Assembly: GCA_963818505.1 (NCBI GenBank)
Contig: CAWFSJ010000001.1
Coordinates: forward strand, 155,096-219,095
DNA length: 64,000 nucleotides
Reading direction: 5' to 3'
Source: an uncultured Actinomycetota bacterium
GTDB lineage: Bacteria; Actinomycetota; Actinomycetes; S36-B12; UBA10799
Shown: piece by piece, positions 26,036 through 36,800 of the stretch
Numbering within the stretch: the first letter of the stretch is position 1
Layout of the letters: each line of letters opens with the position of its first letter
The notes under the pieces: model-generated
What the model saw: only the letters and a program-made list of their open reading frames with translations
What the model was told of the DNA's origin: nothing
The model's database searches: none
Position numbers and translations under genes: made by a program

Positions 26036-28675
26036 ATGAATGACTCACGAGGCAGGCTCCTGCTCCTGGACGGCCACTCACTGGCCTACCGCGCGTTCTA
26101 CGCACTCCCGGTGGAGAACTTCAGTACCTCCACGGGGCAGCCGACCAATGCGGTGTTCGGCTTCACGTCCATGCTCATCAACGCGTTACGAGATGAGAAG
26201 CCCACGCACATCGCGGTGGCCTTCGATGTGTCGCGCAAGACCTTCCGCAGCGAGACCTTCCCCGAGTACAAGGCCAACCGGTCGAAATCCCCCAGCGAGT
26301 TCGCCGGACAGGTCGACCTGATCCGCACGGTCCTGGACGCGATGTCGATCCAGGCGTTCGCCGTGGAGGGCTTCGAGGCCGACGATGTGATCGCGACTCT
26401 GGCAGGCAGGGCGAAGTCCCAGGGCCTGGAGATCCTCGTACTCACCGGGGATCGTGACTGCTTCCAACTGGTCGATGATTCGTGCACAGTCCTGTACCCC
26501 AAACGGGGGGTTTCGGATCTGGCGCGCATGGATCCGGCGGCGGTCGAATCGCGGTACGGACTGACCCCGACTCAGTATCCCGACTTCGCCGCACTGCGCG
26601 GCGACCCGTCCGACAACCTTCCCAACATCCCGGGGGTGGGGGAGAAGACCGCGGCCAAATGGATCACGCAGTTCGGTTCGTTGGACGCGTTGGTCGAGCA
26701 CGTGGACGAGGTGCCCGGCAAGGCGGGTGCGGCGTTGCGCGAGCACCTGGGTCAGGTCATCACCAACAGGTCGCTCACCGAGCTGGTCAGCGACGTCCCC
26801 CTAGACGCGGACGTGGCTGGTTTGGAACGCGTGCCCATCTCCAGGCAACGAGTCCACGAGGTGTTCGACAGCCTGCAGTTCCGGGTTCTGCGGGAGAGGC
26901 TGTTCGAGTCGCTGGGGGAGTCGGTCGGGCACGAGCCGGTCTCGCAGGTGGCCAGTGTGACCTTGGCCGACGACCCGGCCCAGTGGTTGGCGCAGCACGC
27001 GGCGGGCACGTTCGGCGTCCATGTGCAGGGGAGCTGGGGTGCGGGGACGGGCCAGCTGGATCGCCTTGCCCTGGCCGCCGATGACGGCACCGCAGCAGTG
27101 TTCGACGGGATCGAACCGGCCTTGGCCGCGTGGTTGGCCGACCCGGCGACAGGCAAGGTCCTGCACGATGCCAAGGGCCCGTTGCTGGCGGCACGGGCCA
27201 GCGCGACGCCTATCGCGGCCGTTGTAGGGGACACGGCGCTGCAGGCATACCTGCTTCTGCCCGGACAGCGCTCGTTCCAGCTCGGTGATCTGACGGCCCG
27301 GTTCCTGCACCGGGACCTGGTCGAGGCCACGGTCACCGATCAGTTGACGATGGACGGCCTGCAGGACACCTCGGCCCAGGAGATGGCGGACTGTGCCGCA
27401 GCAGTCCTGGACCTGCACGTCGAGCTGATGACTCTGCTCGGTCCCGTGGGTCGCGAGCTGCTGACCGGGATGGAGCTACCTCTCGAGGCCGTCCTAGTCG
27501 ACATGGAGTACGCCGGCATCGCCGTGGACCTTGAGCGCCTCACCGACCTGCGGGAGGGGTTCGACGCCCAGATCGCCGAGGTGACGCAGGAGGCGCACAG
27601 CCTGGCCGGACGAGAGTTCAACCTGGGATCACCCAAGCAACTGCAGGAGATCCTGTTCACCGAGCGCGGTCTGCCCAAGACGAAGCGGATCAAGACCGGG
27701 TACACCACTGATGCCGATGCCCTCAGCACGCTGTACGCCAAGACCCAGGACCCGCTACTGGAATGCCTGCTTGTGTGGCGCGACAAGAGCAAGCTGCGCC
27801 AAACCGTGGCCGGGTTGATCCCCCTGGCTGACTCCAGCAGCCGGATCCACACCACCTACAGCCAGATCGTGGCCGCGACCGGCAGGTTGTCCAGCACGGA
27901 TCCCAACCTGCAGAACATCCCGGTGCGCACAGCAGAGGGCCGACGGATCCGCGCCGCCTTCGTGGTGGGTGAGGGCTACGACTGTCTACTCACCGCCGAC
28001 TACAGCCAGATCGAGATGCGGCTGATGGCACACCTGAGCCAGGACGAAGGCCTCATCGAGGCGTTCAGGTCGGGGGAGGACCTGCACAACACGGTCGCCT
28101 CCAAAGTGTTCGGGGTACCTGTCGACGGCGTGGACGCAGAGCAGCGACGGCGGATCAAGGCCATGTCCTACGGGCTGGCCTATGGCCTGTCTGCATACGG
28201 ACTGTCCCAGCAGCTCGGAATTGCCACCGATGAGGCCGCAGCGATGATGCAGGACTACTTCTCGCGGTTCGGCGGGATTCGCGACTACCTGGCCGAGGTC
28301 GTCGAGCGCGCACGTGTGGACGGATACACCCAGACCCTGTGGGGCCGCAGACGCTACCTGCCGGACCTGAACAGCGACAATCGCCAGCGCCGGGAGATGG
28401 CAGAGCGGATGGCGTTGAACGCCCCCGTGCAGGGAAGTGCTGCCGACCTCGTTAAGGTCGCGATGCTCGATGTGCAGGCGGCTCTTCGCGAAGCGGGGCT
28501 GCGCACGCGGATGCTCCTGCAGGTACACGACGAGTTGGTCCTCGAGGTGGCGGCCGGTGAGCAGCAAGCGGCCACCGAACTTGTGGTGCAAGCCATGACG
28601 AACGTCCGCGACCTCTCCGTGCCTCTCGAGGTCTCGGTCGGGGTCGGGCCCGATTGGGACTCAGCCGCCCACTGA
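26036..28675 (+). CDS. polA: DNA polymerase I
   Basis: MNDSRGRLLLLDGHSLAYRAFYAL (5'-nuclease domain), the polymerase motif A segment LLTADYSQIEMRLMAH, motif B segment RRRIKAMSYGLAYG, and QVHDELVLEV. The start is taken at the ATG at 26036 rather than 25877. Confidence 0.95.
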   Translation: MNDSRGRLLLLDGHSLAYRAFYALPVENFSTSTGQPTNAVFGFTSMLINALRDEKPTHIAVAFDVSRKTFRSETFPEYKANRSKSPSEFAGQVDLIRTVLDAMSIQAFAVEGFEADDVIATLAGRAKSQGLEILVLTGDRDCFQLVDDSCTVLYPKRGVSDLARMDPAAVESRYGLTPTQYPDFAALRGDPSDNLPNIPGVGEKTAAKWITQFGSLDALVEHVDEVPGKAGAALREHLGQVITNRSLTELVSDVPLDADVAGLERVPISRQRVHEVFDSLQFRVLRERLFESLGESVGHEPVSQVASVTLADDPAQWLAQHAAGTFGVHVQGSWGAGTGQLDRLALAADDGTAAVFDGIEPALAAWLADPATGKVLHDAKGPLLAARASATPIAAVVGDTALQAYLLLPGQRSFQLGDLTARFLHRDLVEATVTDQLTMDGLQDTSAQEMADCAAAVLDLHVELMTLLGPVGRELLTGMELPLEAVLVDMEYAGIAVDLERLTDLREGFDAQIAEVTQEAHSLAGREFNLGSPKQLQEILFTERGLPKTKRIKTGYTTDADALSTLYAKTQDPLLECLLVWRDKSKLRQTVAGLIPLADSSSRIHTTYSQIVAATGRLSSTDPNLQNIPVRTAEGRRIRAAFVVGEGYDCLLTADYSQIEMRLMAHLSQDEGLIEAFRSGEDLHNTVASKVFGVPVDGVDAEQRRRIKAMSYGLAYGLSAYGLSQQLGIATDEAAAMMQDYFSRFGGIRDYLAEVVERARVDGYTQTLWGRRRYLPDLNSDNRQRREMAERMALNAPVQGSAADLVKVAMLDVQAALREAGLRTRMLLQVHDELVLEVAAGEQQAATELVVQAMTNVRDLSVPLEVSVGVGPDWDSAAH

Positions 28676-29911
28676 GACGCCTTCAGCAGCGGGGACGTCA
28701 CGCTCGCGCACGAGTCGCACGACGCCCACCGCCGTGACCGTCGCGACCACAAGCAGCATGAGGGCCGCGACCTGGGCCACGCTGCTGTGCCACACCGCCA
28801 CCAGGGCGATCAGCGCGGCCGTGCCCGCCCAGATGACAGGGATGAGTTTGCGGTCCCGGATGGCCACCAAGCCATAGACGACGAACTGCAGCAGTGCAGC
28901 GCATGCCCCGATGAGTGCGAACAGGGGAAGCAGGTCAGCCATGCCGGCGTATTCGGGTCCGGCGATGATCGCCACGATGAGGTCGGGCACCAGCCACACC
29001 ACTGCCGTGCACAGCAGGCCTATGGATGCGACGACCCCCAGCCCGACCAGCGTGGTACGTCCCCGGCGTGCGTCAACCATGCGGGCGTAGGCCATCACCG
29101 CGACGAACTGGGGCAGCCACGTGACGACCTTCGCCACGATGATTCCCACGCCGTACTGTCCGGCCTCGTCGGGGCTCAGGAAAGCCCTGCCCAGGACGAT
29201 GTCGAGGTTCGTAAGGCTGAACAGGGCGAGCATCGCGTACGTGGCCGCTGGGATCTCGCGCAGCATCGTGGAGTGCCGCGCGGTCCCTCCCCGGAATGTC
29301 GGTCGCACGATGAGCCAGCAGATGAGTGCCCCCATGGTGCAACCCAGCGCAAGGCCGAGCATGCCGCCAGCAAGGGTGGACAGAGCCAGAAGGAAGCCGA
29401 TCGTCACCAGGGCCTTGGGAACCCCGACCGCCAGGTAGACCCCTGCCAGCCGGATGTGCATCTCTTGGCCCTGCGCAATGCCAAGTGCACCGCCCATGAG
29501 CGTCAGGGGGAAGAAGGTCAAGGCCAGCAGGATGTAGGTCTCGGGGGAGTCCAGGCTCAGCGCGATTCCGACCAGCGGGGATATCAGAAGCCAGAAACCC
29601 GCCGTGACGACCGCGGCGACCAGGGCGGTGCGCCAGGCGGCGGCAGCCTCGTCTCGGCGATGCTCCGGGTCGATGGCAACGATGTGGCGGGCGGTGACGG
29701 CTTGAGCAGCAAGTGCCACCGTGTTGCCGATCAGCAGCAGAGCCAGCAGGGCACTGAACGCCCCGAACTGGGCCGGCGACAGGGTCCTGGCTGCCACCAG
29801 GGTCTGGGCGTAGGCGAGTACCTGCCCTATGCCCAGAGCCACGGCGACCATCAACCCGCCGCCCACCAGGCGTTGGGCGGTCGAGGTCGTGGTCGTGTCT
29901 TCTGCGCTCAT
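28661..29911 (-). CDS. Polytopic membrane protein, oligosaccharide/polysaccharide flippase-like (MOP/Wzx superfamily)
   Basis: About 416 aa with around 12 predicted hydrophobic segments. The N-terminal region QRLVGGGLMVAVALGIGQVLAYAQTLVAARTLSPAQFGAFSAL resembles Wzx/polysaccharide-biosynthesis proteins. GGGAGGG lies 4 nt upstream of the ATG at 29911. Confidence 0.55.
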   Translation of the reverse strand: MSAEDTTTTSTAQRLVGGGLMVAVALGIGQVLAYAQTLVAARTLSPAQFGAFSALLALLLIGNTVALAAQAVTARHIVAIDPEHRRDEAAAAWRTALVAAVVTAGFWLLISPLVGIALSLDSPETYILLALTFFPLTLMGGALGIAQGQEMHIRLAGVYLAVGVPKALVTIGFLLALSTLAGGMLGLALGCTMGALICWLIVRPTFRGGTARHSTMLREIPAATYAMLALFSLTNLDIVLGRAFLSPDEAGQYGVGIIVAKVVTWLPQFVAVMAYARMVDARRGRTTLVGLGVVASIGLLCTAVVWLVPDLIVAIIAGPEYAGMADLLPLFALIGACAALLQFVVYGLVAIRDRKLIPVIWAGTAALIALVAVWHSSVAQVAALMLLVVATVTAVGVVRLVRERDVPAAEGVSVGG

Positions 29912-29939
29912 CAGCCCTCCCGGATGCCACCCTAGGCGA

Positions 29940-31631
29940 GTGCCCGTCACCCTCAAGCGACACGCGGCCACCGTGTGGGTGGTTGTGTTGTCGCTGCTGG
30001 TCCTGGCGCCTCTGCTGGCTCCCGGATTCGTGCTGCACCTGGACATGGTGTTCGTGCCTCAGCAGACGCTTCTGCCCTGGAACCTCGGAATAGGCGGGGG
30101 CCTTCCTCGATCCGTTCCGCAGGATGGCGTTGTCTCTGTGCTCGCGGGCCCGCTGCCCGGTCAACTGCTGCAGAAGGTTCTTCTGGTAGCGATCTTCGTG
30201 CTGGCCGGATTGGGTGTGGCCAGGCTCTCGGGAAGCAGCCGAACACGACAGATCGTGTCCGTTTCCCTGTACCTGTGGTCCGCGTACCTCGCCTCGCGAC
30301 TACTCATGGGCCATTGGGGGCTGCTGTGGGCGTTTGCGCTGCTTCCGTGGGTGGTCGTGGCGGCCCGGACAGCACGAGAGCACGGGCGCTGGATTCCGGT
30401 GGTCCTGCTGTGTGGGGTCGGAGCACTGGTGCCCACCGGGGGCCTGATTCTGGCGGTAGTGGCGATCCCGCTGGCCGTCGGGTTCGGCAGCCGGCTCGCC
30501 CCCGGTGTGCGTTGGGCGTTGGCCGGGTTGGTCGTCTTCGTCAATGCCCCTTGGTGGTTGCCGGCGTTGCGCAGCCCTGTCACCGACGTTTCAGATCCGT
30601 TGGGCCTCACCGTCTTCGGTGCGCGTGCTGACGGGCCCGGCGGGGTGCTGCTCAGCGTGCTGGCTGGCGGTGGCGTCTGGAACAGCAACGCCACGCTCGG
30701 GTCGCGCACGACGTGGTTCGCGGCGCTAAGCGCAATCGTGGTGTTGGCACTGGCTGTGCTGGGCTGGACGCGCTTGCGACGCGAAAGTGGCCCCGAGGCG
30801 GTGTGGCTGGGTGCGGTGGGCCTGGCAGGTGTCGGGTGGGCCTGGTTGTCGGGGGTCGCCGACGATCAAGCGTGGGCGCGCGAACTCGTCTCAGCGCTGC
30901 CGGGCGGCGGGCTGCTGCGCGACGGGCAGAAGTGGTCCATGGTCTGGGTGCTTCTCCTCGCGCTGTGCGCGCCTCGGGGGTTGGAGCGGCTCACCCACGG
31001 GCTCGACCGCGCCTTACGGCTATTCCTCACCGCGGCCCTTGCCCTGCTGCCTCTGGCGACCATGCCCGACCTGCTGGCCGGCGGGTTCGGCGCTTTGCGC
31101 ACGGCGTCCTACCCGAGGCAGTGGGACGAGGTCCGCGACAGGATCCAGGGAACCTCCGGTGACGTCCTGTCGCTTCCGTGGGCTGCGTTCCGGCGGTACC
31201 AGTGGAACCACGACCAAGTGGTCCTCGACCCTCTGCCCCGGTATCTGACGAACACCGTCGTCTGGAACGACCGTCTGCCGGTGACGGTGGCCGGCGACCT
31301 GGTGGAGGTGGGCGGTGACGATCCGCGGGCCGCTGCGGTGTCACAGGCCATCGACGGTGGTCGCCCACTCGCGCCGGTGCTGGCCGGGCTGGGGATTCGC
31401 TGGGTCGTTGTCCAGACCGACCAGCCCAGCGCCAGCCGAGAACCCGACCTAACAGGCCTGACGCAGGTCTGGAGCGGCTCGGGTCTGCAGTTGTTGCGGG
31501 TGGAGGGCGAGGTCCGGATCGTGGACCCGCGTGATCCGGTCGTGGTCGTGGTGGACCTGGCTGTCCTGGCGACGATGGGAGCGCTCACGGTCCTCGTGGT
31601 GCACCGCCGTCGCCGCGCCCAGCGTCCGTAA
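29940..31631 (+). CDS. Polytopic membrane protein of unknown function (possible glycosyltransferase)
   Basis: About 560 aa with many hydrophobic segments. The first loop is GFVLHLDMVFVPQQTLLPWNLGIGGGLPRSVPQDG. The C-terminal roughly 170 aa are soluble. The start is guessed at the GTG at 29940, because the ORF-track start at 29829 overlaps the divergent flippase gene. Confidence 0.45.
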   Translation: MPVTLKRHAATVWVVVLSLLVLAPLLAPGFVLHLDMVFVPQQTLLPWNLGIGGGLPRSVPQDGVVSVLAGPLPGQLLQKVLLVAIFVLAGLGVARLSGSSRTRQIVSVSLYLWSAYLASRLLMGHWGLLWAFALLPWVVVAARTAREHGRWIPVVLLCGVGALVPTGGLILAVVAIPLAVGFGSRLAPGVRWALAGLVVFVNAPWWLPALRSPVTDVSDPLGLTVFGARADGPGGVLLSVLAGGGVWNSNATLGSRTTWFAALSAIVVLALAVLGWTRLRRESGPEAVWLGAVGLAGVGWAWLSGVADDQAWARELVSALPGGGLLRDGQKWSMVWVLLLALCAPRGLERLTHGLDRALRLFLTAALALLPLATMPDLLAGGFGALRTASYPRQWDEVRDRIQGTSGDVLSLPWAAFRRYQWNHDQVVLDPLPRYLTNTVVWNDRLPVTVAGDLVEVGGDDPRAAAVSQAIDGGRPLAPVLAGLGIRWVVVQTDQPSASREPDLTGLTQVWSGSGLQLLRVEGEVRIVDPRDPVVVVVDLAVLATMGALTVLVVHRRRRAQRP

Positions 31632-31721
31632 TCGAACCGTGTCGTTGTAAGACCTGCGTGTCGACTGTAGAACGTGCTACTTTCATCGGGCTACGGAAAC
31701 GTTTCAATTAGGAGGCTCTCG

Positions 31722-31862
31722 ATGGGTGGTCCCGCTGGTGCAATCATCGCAGCCGTTGTAGGTGCGATCCTTGCTGTTGGCGCCGCATTCGGCATCGCAA
31801 CTTCCCAGTCGGCGACCCCGGCTCCGGTCGACAAGCCGTTCATCGTCTACGGCGACGGCTGA
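31722..31862 (+). CDS. Small (46 aa) single-TM/secreted protein, DUF2613-like
   Basis: MGGPAGAIIAAVVGAILAVGAAFGIATSQSATPAPVDKPFIVYGDG. AGGAGG lies 7 nt upstream of the ATG, in an AT-richer intergenic stretch. Its size and topology recall the small secreted protein encoded next to aftD in mycobacteria (from memory). Confidence 0.5.
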   Translation: MGGPAGAIIAAVVGAILAVGAAFGIATSQSATPAPVDKPFIVYGDG

Positions 31863-33049
31863 TCCTGTTCGATCGCCTCGGGCAACTGGTGTTCCAAATG
31901 GCCCGAGGGTGCCGGTACGACTGAGACCCCGAAGCGCTCTCCGGCGGCTTCCGCCAGAACCTGTGCAAACGCATGCGTAGTTGCTGCCCAGGTGAACTCC
32001 TCAGACCTGTTCTTGGCTTCTGCGCCCATCTGCACCCGCAGGTCGTGATCGTCGATCAGCGACTCCAGCGCTGAGGCGAATTCGCTCTCTGCGCCGTCGA
32101 CCAGCAGACCGGTCCGGCCATCGACGATCGACTCGGCCACTCCGCCCGCATCTCGATAGGCCACGGTCGGGATCGAGTGCGAGGCAGCCTCCATCACCAC
32201 GATTCCCCATCCCTCCTTCAGCGACGGCAGTGCCAGTACCCACGCGGACGCGTAGACCCGGTGCTTGGTCTTCTCGTCGACGAAGCCGAGGAAATCGACC
32301 ATGTCACTGACGCCGAGAGTTTGCGCGACTCGCTGCAGGCGCCCAGACCACCAGCCGTCCCCGACGATCGAGATCCGCAGATCCGGGTGCGCGTGCCGCA
32401 TGATCGCCGCTGCCCGCAGGACGTGCTCGACGCGCTTGTGGGGAACAAGGCGCCCCACGACCGCAACATGGGGGTAGGCGCTGGGTTCGACGTCCAGACC
32501 AGGCGCTGCTTCGATCCCGTTGTGGATGACGTGGATGCGCTGGGGGGCAACTCCGAGTTCGGACAGTTCCTGACGGGTTCGCTCGGAGACCACTACGTAC
32601 GTGCAGTCGCGGTAGAGGCGGGGTGCCAGCACTGACTCGATCCACCAGCCGACACGGGCACGGACGCGGTCGTAGACCACCGGCCACTGCTCGCGGTGCA
32701 CATGGTGGACCAGAACGACCACAGGCGTGCCCCCCGAGACCGCCCTTGACATGAACGGAATCCCGTTCTGGACGTCCACGATGACATCGATGTCCCCGAA
32801 CGCCTTGCCCCGCACACGACGGATGGCCTCGGCGTACACACTGAGCTTGGTTCCGGCTCGCACGAAACGGATCCCGTCGACCGTCTCGCTGGGCGTGGCG
32901 CCGGGGTACATGGCGCAGAAGATGGTCACCTCGTGGCCAGCAGCAGCCAAGGACCGCGCCACGTTCTCGACGTAGACCTCGGAACCGCCTCCCTCGGGAT
33001 GACGGGTGTCGCGCCAGTTCAGGAACAGGACGCGCAGTGCTGCGGACAT
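31847..33049 (-). CDS. Glycosyltransferase family 4 (GT-B fold)
   Basis: MSAALRVLFLNWRDTRHPEGGGSEVYVENVARSLAAAGHEVTIF, and a C-terminal EGWGIVVMEAASHSIPTVAYRDAGGVAESIVDGRTGLLV (E-x7-E type). AAGGAGGG precedes the ATG at 33049. The extra 307 aa of ORF 31847-33973 are antisense to the methyltransferase gene. Confidence 0.85.
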   Translation of the reverse strand: MSAALRVLFLNWRDTRHPEGGGSEVYVENVARSLAAAGHEVTIFCAMYPGATPSETVDGIRFVRAGTKLSVYAEAIRRVRGKAFGDIDVIVDVQNGIPFMSRAVSGGTPVVVLVHHVHREQWPVVYDRVRARVGWWIESVLAPRLYRDCTYVVVSERTRQELSELGVAPQRIHVIHNGIEAAPGLDVEPSAYPHVAVVGRLVPHKRVEHVLRAAAIMRHAHPDLRISIVGDGWWSGRLQRVAQTLGVSDMVDFLGFVDEKTKHRVYASAWVLALPSLKEGWGIVVMEAASHSIPTVAYRDAGGVAESIVDGRTGLLVDGAESEFASALESLIDDHDLRVQMGAEAKNRSEEFTWAATTHAFAQVLAEAAGERFGVSVVPAPSGHLEHQLPEAIEQDQPSP

Positions 33050-33121
33050 CGGCCCTCCTTGTGCGTGACACGGTACCTGGAAGGCGCCTCGCAACGACGT
33101 GACTTGGCCTAGGTTCGAACG

Positions 33122-33886
33122 GTGAGCCCGAATCCCACCGAAGACCCGAGCGCGCGACTGCGTTCGCTTGCCACAGTGGGTCGTGCGGTCAGGTTGTTCA
33201 AGGACTTCCAGGTCGAGCAGACTGACCCCGATCGGTTCTATTCGGCGATGGCCGCCGATTCCGTCGCGCAGATGTTGTGCTTGATGGATCTGGATCAGGC
33301 ACATGTACTCGATGTGGGTGGTGGTCCGGGGTACTGGGCGGACGCCTTCCACAGTGCGGGTGCCCGATACACCCCGCTCGACGCCGATGCCGGCGAACTT
33401 GCGCTGCACGGCAGGGTGCCTATGCCAGGAACTGTGATCGGGGACGGTCAGCGCCTTCCCTTCCGCGCTGACGCCTTCGATCTGGTCTATTCCAGCAACG
33501 TGGCAGAGCACGTCCCGGACCCCTGGGCGATGGGCGACGAGATGGTGCGGGTCTGTCGTACCGGCGGATTGATCTTCTACTCCTACACCTTGTGGTACGG
33601 GCCCTGGGGAGGTCACGAAACCGCGCCGTGGCACTTCGTCAACGGTGAGTACGCGGCACGCCGTTACACCAGGGTCAACCAGAAGCCACCGAAGAACCGC
33701 TACGGGACGTCGTTGTTCCCCGTCACCATGGCTCAGGGGATGAAATGGGCCCGGACGCGCTCCGATGCCGATGTCGTGGACATCATTCCCCGCTACCTTC
33801 CCTCCTCTCTGTTCTGGTTGCGCGCGGTTCCGGTGGTGCGGGAGGTCGTGACCTGGAACGTGGCACTCATACTGAGGAAACGATGA
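33122..33886 (+). CDS. Class I SAM-dependent methyltransferase
   Basis: VLDVGGGPGYWADAF (motif I) and RLPFRADAFDLVYSSNVAEHV. The stop overlaps the next start (ATGA at 33883-33886). Confidence 0.8.
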   Translation: MSPNPTEDPSARLRSLATVGRAVRLFKDFQVEQTDPDRFYSAMAADSVAQMLCLMDLDQAHVLDVGGGPGYWADAFHSAGARYTPLDADAGELALHGRVPMPGTVIGDGQRLPFRADAFDLVYSSNVAEHVPDPWAMGDEMVRVCRTGGLIFYSYTLWYGPWGGHETAPWHFVNGEYAARRYTRVNQKPPKNRYGTSLFPVTMAQGMKWARTRSDADVVDIIPRYLPSSLFWLRAVPVVREVVTWNVALILRKR

Positions 33887-36800
33887 CGCTTCTGCAGGAC
33901 CCAGCTCGCACAGTCCCCGAACCGCAGCCGCCGCCACCGGCACCGGCATGGCGGGCGCGGGTATTGGCGACATGCTTGGCGCTGGTCACCTTGGCCTTCC
34001 TGCAGGACCCCGGTCGCGTGGCCGCCGACACGAAATTGGACCTCACAGTCGATCCGTGGGGATTTCTTGGCCGTTCCTTGCAGTTGTGGGACCCGGAGGG
34101 CTTCTTCGGCCAGTTGCAGAACCAGGCATACGGATACCTGTGGCCGATGGGTCCGTTCTTCGGCATCGGGCAAAGCCTCGGGATTCCCGACTGGGCAGTG
34201 CAACGGCTTTGGTGGTCCTTGGTTCTCGTGAGCGCGTTCCTGGGCATGTACCTGCTGCTGCGGGCGCTGCGGGTCGGCTCGGGGTGGCCCGTGCTGATCT
34301 CGGCGGTCGCGTACGCACTGGCAGTGCGCCCGCAGTCGGCCATCGGTGCGATCTCCGTGGAGGTGTGGCCGATGGCGGTGGCACCGTGGGTGCTGCTGCC
34401 GCTGGTGCGCGGTGCTCGCAAGGGCAACGTGGTGCGCGCCGCTGCCTTGTCCGCACTGGCCGTCACCACTGCTGGTGGGGTGAACGCAGTGGCGGCTGGG
34501 GCGGTTCTGCCCCTAGCGGTTTGGTGGTTGATCACGCTGCAGCCAGGTCCACGTCGGCGCCAGTTGGCCTTGTGGTGGTCGGGCCTCACGACGCTTGCGG
34601 TCCTTTGGTGGCTCGTGCCGTTGGTGGTGCTCGGTCGGTACTCACCACCCTTCCTGGACTGGATCGAATCGGCGTCATTCACCACCTCCATCACCGATCC
34701 GACAACCGTTCTGCGGGGAGCCGATCACTGGCTCGCGTACCTCGGTAACGCATCCATGTGGAAGGCCGGATGGATGCTGGCCACGCAACCGTTGTTCGTG
34801 GTGGCGACCGGGATTGTGGCGGCCTTGGGAGTGGCAGGGTTGGCGATGCGCTCCCTGCCCCACCGGGCGTTCCTGCTCGGGGGCGCACTGGCCGGTCTTG
34901 TCCTGGTGGGGATCGGGCACACAGGGGTGTTCAGTGGCCTGGGCAGCGAGCAGATCCAGACCTTCCTCGACGGTGCCGGCGCCCCCATCCGCAACGTCCA
35001 CAAGTTCGACCTCGTCCTGCGGATCCCCCTGATCATCGCGTTCTGTCACGTGCTGACGACCGTGTGGCCCGTGGGAAGGCGGCCCCGCTGGCGAGTTGTC
35101 GTGAGTTCGGCCATCCTGCTCGCCCTGGTGGCCTCGTGGTGGCCCGCGCTCACAGGTCAGTTGGCCAGGGGGCGTTCTTACGTCTCGGTCGCGGACCATT
35201 GGCGGGAAGCCTCCGAGTGGTTGAACAAAGTGGCTGACCCGGGCCGGGCTTTGATCATTCCGGGGGCATCTTTCGGCCAATATGTGTGGGGCCGGACCCA
35301 GGACGAGCCTCTGCAGGCCTTCGGGGGTTACCCCTGGGGGATCCGGGACGCGGTTCCTCTGTCCAGCGCGGGCAACATTCGGATGCTCGACGCTGTCGAG
35401 GCACGACTGGAGGCTGGAAGAGGCAGCCCGGGGCTGGCTGCCTACCTCAACAGGATGGGTGTTGAGTACCTGGTCGTGCGCAACGATCTGGCGCCCAGCG
35501 CGGCCGCACCCCTGCCGATCCGCATCCATCAGGCTCTGGATGACAGCAAGGGGCTGCAACGCGTCGCGTGGTTCGGCCCGATCGTGGATATCGCCGGGTC
35601 GGGTGTGACTCTGACCGATGAGGGCCTACGAGCCAGCTACCCGGCTGTGGAGATCTACAAGGTCGAGTCCAGCAATGCGCCCAGCGACCAGCGACTGTTG
35701 CTGCGACCGGCCGATACGGCCATCGAGGTCGATGGTGGGCCTGAGGCCCTGTTGCCCCTGGCTGATGTGGGCGGGCTCGGCAACCGCGTGGCCCTGCTCA
35801 CCGGTGACCCGGAAGCGATCGGGCTTGCCGCGGCCACCGGTGTCGTCACCGACACAGACCGCAGACGCGAGATCACGTTCGGGTACATGCGGGGCAACGA
35901 GTCAGCGACTCTGACTGAGGATGGGCAGTACGAGCAGTTACGCGCTGTCCACGACTACCGCGTGTCCGGGGAGGCCGGGGACACCGTGGCCGAGCCGGGC
36001 CTGACGTTCGACGCGAGCAGTTCAGCCTCGGATGTGGGTGCCACATGGAGACAGCCGCGAGGGGCGACCCCGGGTGCGGCGATGGATGGCGCCCTTGACA
36101 CCTACTGGCGCCCGGGTGCGCTGGATGAGCAAGGTTCGTTCTGGGAAGTGCGCTACGACCAACCGGTGGCGCTGGGGGATACCCTTCATGTCGCGCTCAT
36201 GAGCCGCGGCTCCAAGGCCGAGACGGTCATCGGTCTGACGATCGAAACCGATGCCGGGAGCCACCGCTGTGGATGCCCGGAACAACTCCCGATGGCAGAC
36301 CGTGCCCGTTGCCGCCGGTGACACTCGATCGGTGCGCATCGGGGTGGCCGACGAGGATGCCAAGGTGACGTTCGGCATCCGGGAGGCGAGGCTTCCTGGT
36401 GAGGGGACCAGCACCTTGCGTCTGCCGGATGGTGTTTCAGGTGACGCGGTGTTGCTCACGGCGAGGCCCGGTGACGCAGGTCAGTGCACATCACGGGACT
36501 CCACAATCATCTGCACAGACGCCCTCGGCAGGTTCTCCCAGGACAGGGTCGGGCTGCACAGACTGGTCAATCTGCCCTCCGCTGTGGTGTCCAGTCCTCG
36601 CATCATCGTCAGTCCACGTGACACCGCTGAGGTCGCCACGGCCATCGCGAGCAAGGTCGGCGTCGAGGTGGCCGACAAGTTCGACTCGTACCCCGGAGGT
36701 CGCTGGATCTGGATTGGCAGCCTTCGACCGGGACCTGGGAACGGCGTGGCAGGCAGCCCCGGACGACAAGCAGCCTTCGATCACGATCGGCCTGCCGGAA

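Noticed and set aside
33050-33973. N-terminal 307 aa of the 708-aa ORF 31847-33973
   Set aside because: This part is antisense to the methyltransferase gene and has no glycosyltransferase features. A strong AAGGAGGG Shine-Dalgarno sequence and the family-typical N-terminus (MSAALRVLFLNW) define the real start at 33049.
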